Shown piece after piece: positions 61,305-64,000 of a DNA stretch of 64,000 nucleotides. The first letter of the stretch is position 1. Each line of letters begins with the position of its first letter. Origin of the DNA: a virus (lineage: Duplodnaviria; Caudoviricetes); IMG/VR virus record IMGVR_UViG_3300047283_000054; one strand, given 5' to 3'. The notes beneath the pieces were generated by a model. That model did no database searches. It had not been told where the DNA came from and saw nothing but the letters and a program-made list of their open reading frames with translations. The translations under genes were made by a program, and so were the position numbers.

Positions 61305-61322
61305 AATGTATTTATATACTTT

Positions 61323-61469
61323 CGGGATAGACGATAGGTTTGAGTCCCTGTCAATCTAGTCACAGTGGGGCTACTGTGATGACACTATAGTATGATTGAT
61401 GGGTGTATAAACTTGCCTATACGAGACAATCTAACGAGGCTTATTAACACTAAGATAGTTAGGCTCCCG
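61323..61469 (+). ncRNA. Putative ~150-nt structured RNA
   Basis: Closing cggga/tcccg; internal stems gatagg/cctgtc, tcacagt/actgtga, gattg/caatc, ctaac/gttag. Confidence 0.45.
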
Positions 61470-61479
61470 CCCTTTATAA

Positions 61480-61555
61480 GCCGATGTAGCTCAGTTGGTA
61501 GAGCGACAGACTGAAAATCTGTGCGTCAATGGTTCGATCCCATTCGTTGGCACCA
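61480..61555 (+). tRNA. tRNA-Phe(GAA)
   Basis: acaga-CTGAAAA-tctgt; CCA. Confidence 0.93.
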
Positions 61556-61618
61556 AAATAAGATATTATACATTTATTATTTACTAATGTGATAAATAAT
61601 CATATATGGGGAATTAGA

Positions 61619-61900
61619 ATGACAACATTCACAAAACAAACAATATGTACATATCAAATTGATATTGGATCATTATCACCTTTTTACAAAGATGAAGGCC
61701 TAGAAAAACTCAGTCTTTTAGAAAAAGAAGGAAAAACTCTAGTTTTTGGTTATACATTTGATGACCCGTATACTATTAGAAGACCATGGTTAGATCAAGC
61801 GGCCGCAGAAGAATGGGTAGCTTTTGTTACAAACTTAGCCAGTGACGATCAGGTCACTATCGTATCTATCGAAATAGTAGACTCAACCCTAGTAGGTTGA
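61619..61900 (+). CDS. Hypothetical protein
   Basis: R-x-W-x-DQAAAEEW motif; TAAATA and GGGG upstream. Confidence 0.55.
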   Translation: MTTFTKQTICTYQIDIGSLSPFYKDEGLEKLSLLEKEGKTLVFGYTFDDPYTIRRPWLDQAAAEEWVAFVTNLASDDQVTIVSIEIVDSTLVG

Positions 61901-61933
61901 CAAAAAATACAATTCAAGTATAATACTTACATT

Positions 61934-62008
61934 GGGTCCTTAGTTCAATGGATAGAATGCCATGCTTCGAACTTGGAGATGTGGGTTCGATTCCTGCAGG
62001 ACCCGCCA
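61934..62008 (+). tRNA. tRNA-Arg(TCG)
   Basis: Loop CTTCGAA; one mismatch in the anticodon stem; CCA. Confidence 0.85.
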
Positions 62009-62056
62009 ACACAGCATTAAATACAATCAGTGACAATAGCAGAAAAGGAGTACACA

Positions 62057-62617
62057 ATGGCTGTTCTAGCACTAGATATCTCAGGAGTTCCCCGGCAGTG
62101 GATCTCAAATGATGACGCAATTACCTATAAAGCAAAAGATGCCATCGCATGGTCAATGGGTGAAATTGTGGCTAAATATCGTGGTGGTATACAAAAAGAC
62201 GGTACACTAAGTTACTTAGAAACTAATAGCATTATCGCTATCAAAGGTCACGGATTCAATCCATATAAACACTCATGTGTGGCACTAACTAACAAAACAC
62301 TATTTGGTCGTGATAGACATGTATGTGCTTATTGCGGAGAGTACCATGCTAACTATCACATGCTAAGTAGAGACCACATTGTTCCAAAAAGCAAAGGTGG
62401 TGAAAACACTTGGATGAACGTTGTTACAGCTTGTAAAGATTGTAACAGTAAGAAAGGTCATAAGAGTTTAAAGGAAGTACGTATGGAATTGTTATACGCA
62501 CCTTATGTACCTAATCACTATGAGAATATGATATTACAACATAGAACAATTCTTGCAGACCAAATGGAATACTTGTTAGCAGGTGTTCCCAAACACAGTA
62601 GAATATTGCTATCATAG
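62057..62617 (+). CDS. HNH endonuclease (McrA-like)
   Basis: RD-x-x-x-CAYCG...DHIVPKSKGG...W-x-NVVTAC-x-x-CN-x-x-KG; SD AAGGAG. Confidence 0.88.
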   Translation: MAVLALDISGVPRQWISNDDAITYKAKDAIAWSMGEIVAKYRGGIQKDGTLSYLETNSIIAIKGHGFNPYKHSCVALTNKTLFGRDRHVCAYCGEYHANYHMLSRDHIVPKSKGGENTWMNVVTACKDCNSKKGHKSLKEVRMELLYAPYVPNHYENMILQHRTILADQMEYLLAGVPKHSRILLS

Positions 62618-62665
62618 GTTGACACAAAAGTTTTCCTATGATACAATACACTTAAATAAAAATAC

Positions 62666-62740
62666 GCCGACTTAGCACAGTGGTAGTGCAATCGCCTTGT
62701 AAGCGATAGGTCATCAGTTCGAATCCGATAGTCGGCACCA
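62666..62740 (+). tRNA. tRNA-Thr(TGT)
   Basis: atcgc-CTTGTAA-gcgat; CCA. Confidence 0.92.
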
Positions 62741-62746
62741 AATTAT

Positions 62747-62822
62747 TCTCCTATAGCTCAGTCGGTAGAGCGTTTGACTGTTAATCAAAATGTCCGTGGT
62801 TCGAGCCCACGTAGGGGAGCCA
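62747..62822 (+). tRNA. tRNA-Asn(GTT)
   Basis: tttga-CTGTTAA-tcaaa; CCA. Confidence 0.93.
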
Positions 62823-62831
62823 AACAAATAG

Positions 62832-62906
62832 CTGGCGTTAGTATAATGGATAATACAATTGCCTTCTAAGCAATCAATAGAGGTTCGATTCCTCTACGCC
62901 GGACCA
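62832..62906 (+). tRNA. tRNA-Arg(TCT)
   Basis: attgc-CTTCTAA-gcaat; CCA. Confidence 0.9.
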
Positions 62907-63130
62907 AATGTTGTTTATTTACAACAACTAAGAATTTGACAATAAATCCTCAATCTGCTATACTCTATGTATAGATTGATTGAACAAGTTCTTGGAAACA
63001 GAGACACAAAAAAGAATTTGACAATTAATCAAAACGGTGTTATAATAGACACATAGCAACAAACGATAGAGTCAGTTGCAAAAAGTTCTTTAAAATTTAG
63101 AATTCATATATCCCTGTTAAGTTCAGGGCT

Positions 63131-63337
63131 CTATATGTAAACATATTAAGGGTTACCTAATCCGTTAGGTACTTAGTGCGAGGACAGTGGGGCCGCCCAC
63201 GCTCAATCTAAGTATATGAAGCGTATGATAACGAAAGTTACGAACGTGACGGGCAGTTAGGCAGTAATGACAAAACTGAAAATATAAGAGACGGTCTTAT
63301 ATTAGAAGTGTAGTTCCCATAATGTGTTTTCATATAG
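63131..63337 (+). ncRNA. Putative ~170-nt multi-hairpin RNA bracketed by an 18-bp stem
   Basis: ctatatgtaaacatatta/taatgtgttttcatatag; inner stems acctaa/ttaggt, tacttag/ctaagta, gtggg/cccac, taac-GAAA-gtta, aatataaga/tcttatatt. Confidence 0.55.
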
Positions 63338-63339
63338 TG

Positions 63340-63466
63340 TGTTATTAGTTTTGCTGACGTAAGCCCCTGAGTAAACGTCAACTCTACGTAACTATGTGTA
63401 TAAACGGTAAACTTGCAAATAATTCCGTTGAGCATAGCAAATAGTGCGTCAGCAAAACTAATAACA
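63340..63466 (+). ncRNA. Putative RNA with a perfect 20-bp closing stem around 87 nt
   Basis: tgttattagttttgctgacg / cgtcagcaaaactaataaca. Confidence 0.55.
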
Positions 63467-63472
63467 TAATAT

Positions 63473-63547
63473 GCACGGTTCGTCTATCGGCTAGGACATT
63501 CGCCTTTCACGTGAATAAGACGGGTTCGATTCCCGTACCGTGTACCA
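63473..63547 (+). tRNA. tRNA-Glu(TTC)
   Basis: ttcgc-CTTTCAC-gtgaa; CCA. Confidence 0.9.
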
Positions 63548-63556
63548 AGTATTCAA

Positions 63557-63641
63557 GGAGATGCCGCCGTAATGGTATGGCAGGGGACTGTAAATCCTCC
63601 GACTTAAGTCACAATAGGTTCGATCCCTATCATCTCCACCA
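63557..63641 (+). tRNA. tRNA-Tyr(GTA)
   Basis: gggga-CTGTAAA-tcctc; long variable arm; CCA. Confidence 0.9.
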
Positions 63642-63656
63642 ATCATAAATATTATC

Positions 63657-64000
63657 ATGTTTACCCTTATTGAAGATAGTAGTCCTTTTTATGTAAGATT
63701 TACCTTTACCGGTATTGAAACTTTTATCGACCACATGAAATCACTATCACCTGACTGTTTTTATAAAAAAGATTGTGTAGGTTATATCCATTCGGATGTA
63801 ATAGAAAGTGAATCAGAAACGGTTTTAAAAAAACTCCCGTTAACAAAAAAATTTGAATTCGTCAAAAAACGAATAGGAGTATTTGAGACTTTACCATATG
63901 GTGGATGCGGTATTCACAAAGATGGTCATAATAGGAAAGTTAGTTTCAACATACCTATTGAAATTCACAATGAACTGTGTGTCACTAAATGGTATGATGA
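63657..64000 (+). CDS. Partial 2OG-Fe(II) oxygenase-like protein
   Basis: MFTLIEDSSPFYVRF...GGCGIHKDG...VSFNIPI, open to the window end; ATG 5 nt after TAAATA. Confidence 0.55.
   Translation, partial: MFTLIEDSSPFYVRFTFTGIETFIDHMKSLSPDCFYKKDCVGYIHSDVIESESETVLKKLPLTKKFEFVKKRIGVFETLPYGGCGIHKDGHNRKVSFNIPIEIHNELCVTKWYD

Larger units (their letters stand above)
59218..63046 (+). promoter_or_regulatory. Six consensus sigma70 promoters within the tRNA array
   Basis: TTGACA-16/17-TAYAMT at 59218-59246, 59696-59724, 61897-61924, 62619-62647, 62936-62964 and 63018-63046. Confidence 0.75.

Noticed and set aside
60587-63435. ORF-track calls 60587-60799, 60653-60871, 60991-61299, 61914-62120, 63238-63435
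   Set aside because: They overlap tRNAs, structured RNAs or real genes; likely spurious.
59540-63470. Possible CRISPR or mini-array in the tRNA region
   Set aside because: The repeats are inverted stems rather than regularly spaced direct repeats; no cas genes in the window.
1-64000. Stop-codon reassignment as in some large phages
   Set aside because: Core genes are full length in code 11, and no suppressor anticodon is present among the 15 tRNAs.

Overview
The whole window is part of a large T4-like (myovirus/jumbo-type) phage genome, AT-rich, with ORFs intact in the standard genetic code. In order it carries: baseplate/tail genes (minus strand); a gp55-like late sigma factor, gp47/gp46 (Mre11/Rad50), a radical SAM protein and a Holliday junction resolvase; about 500 nt of structured non-coding DNA; hub genes and a tape-measure/lysozyme protein; the head module (portal, protease, scaffold, major capsid); about 13 kb of Asn/Gly/Thr-rich fibre genes; nrdA/nrdB; a GH7-like lipoprotein; PAAR, SleB, metK, iscU and ahpC/ahpD; a ~9 kb biosynthetic-looking cluster with four tandem membrane desaturases; and a 15-tRNA array interleaved with unexplained structured RNAs. 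The iscU, ahpC and desA sequences look betaproteobacterial (inference). The best candidate for a new system is at 58986-59205. There a late promoter precedes a 45-codon leader ORF that uses all 20 amino acids and 33 different codons. Its last codons and stop can form an antiterminator that is mutually exclusive with an intrinsic terminator at the head of the tRNA array. This looks like a ribosome-dependent attenuator sensing the whole tRNA pool. Other highlights are long-stem-bracketed cargo RNAs, an MKRSKR minigene with a possible pseudoknot, and pervasive leaderless genes behind TAAATA promoters. All calls were made by eye from motifs; no database searches or folding programs were run.
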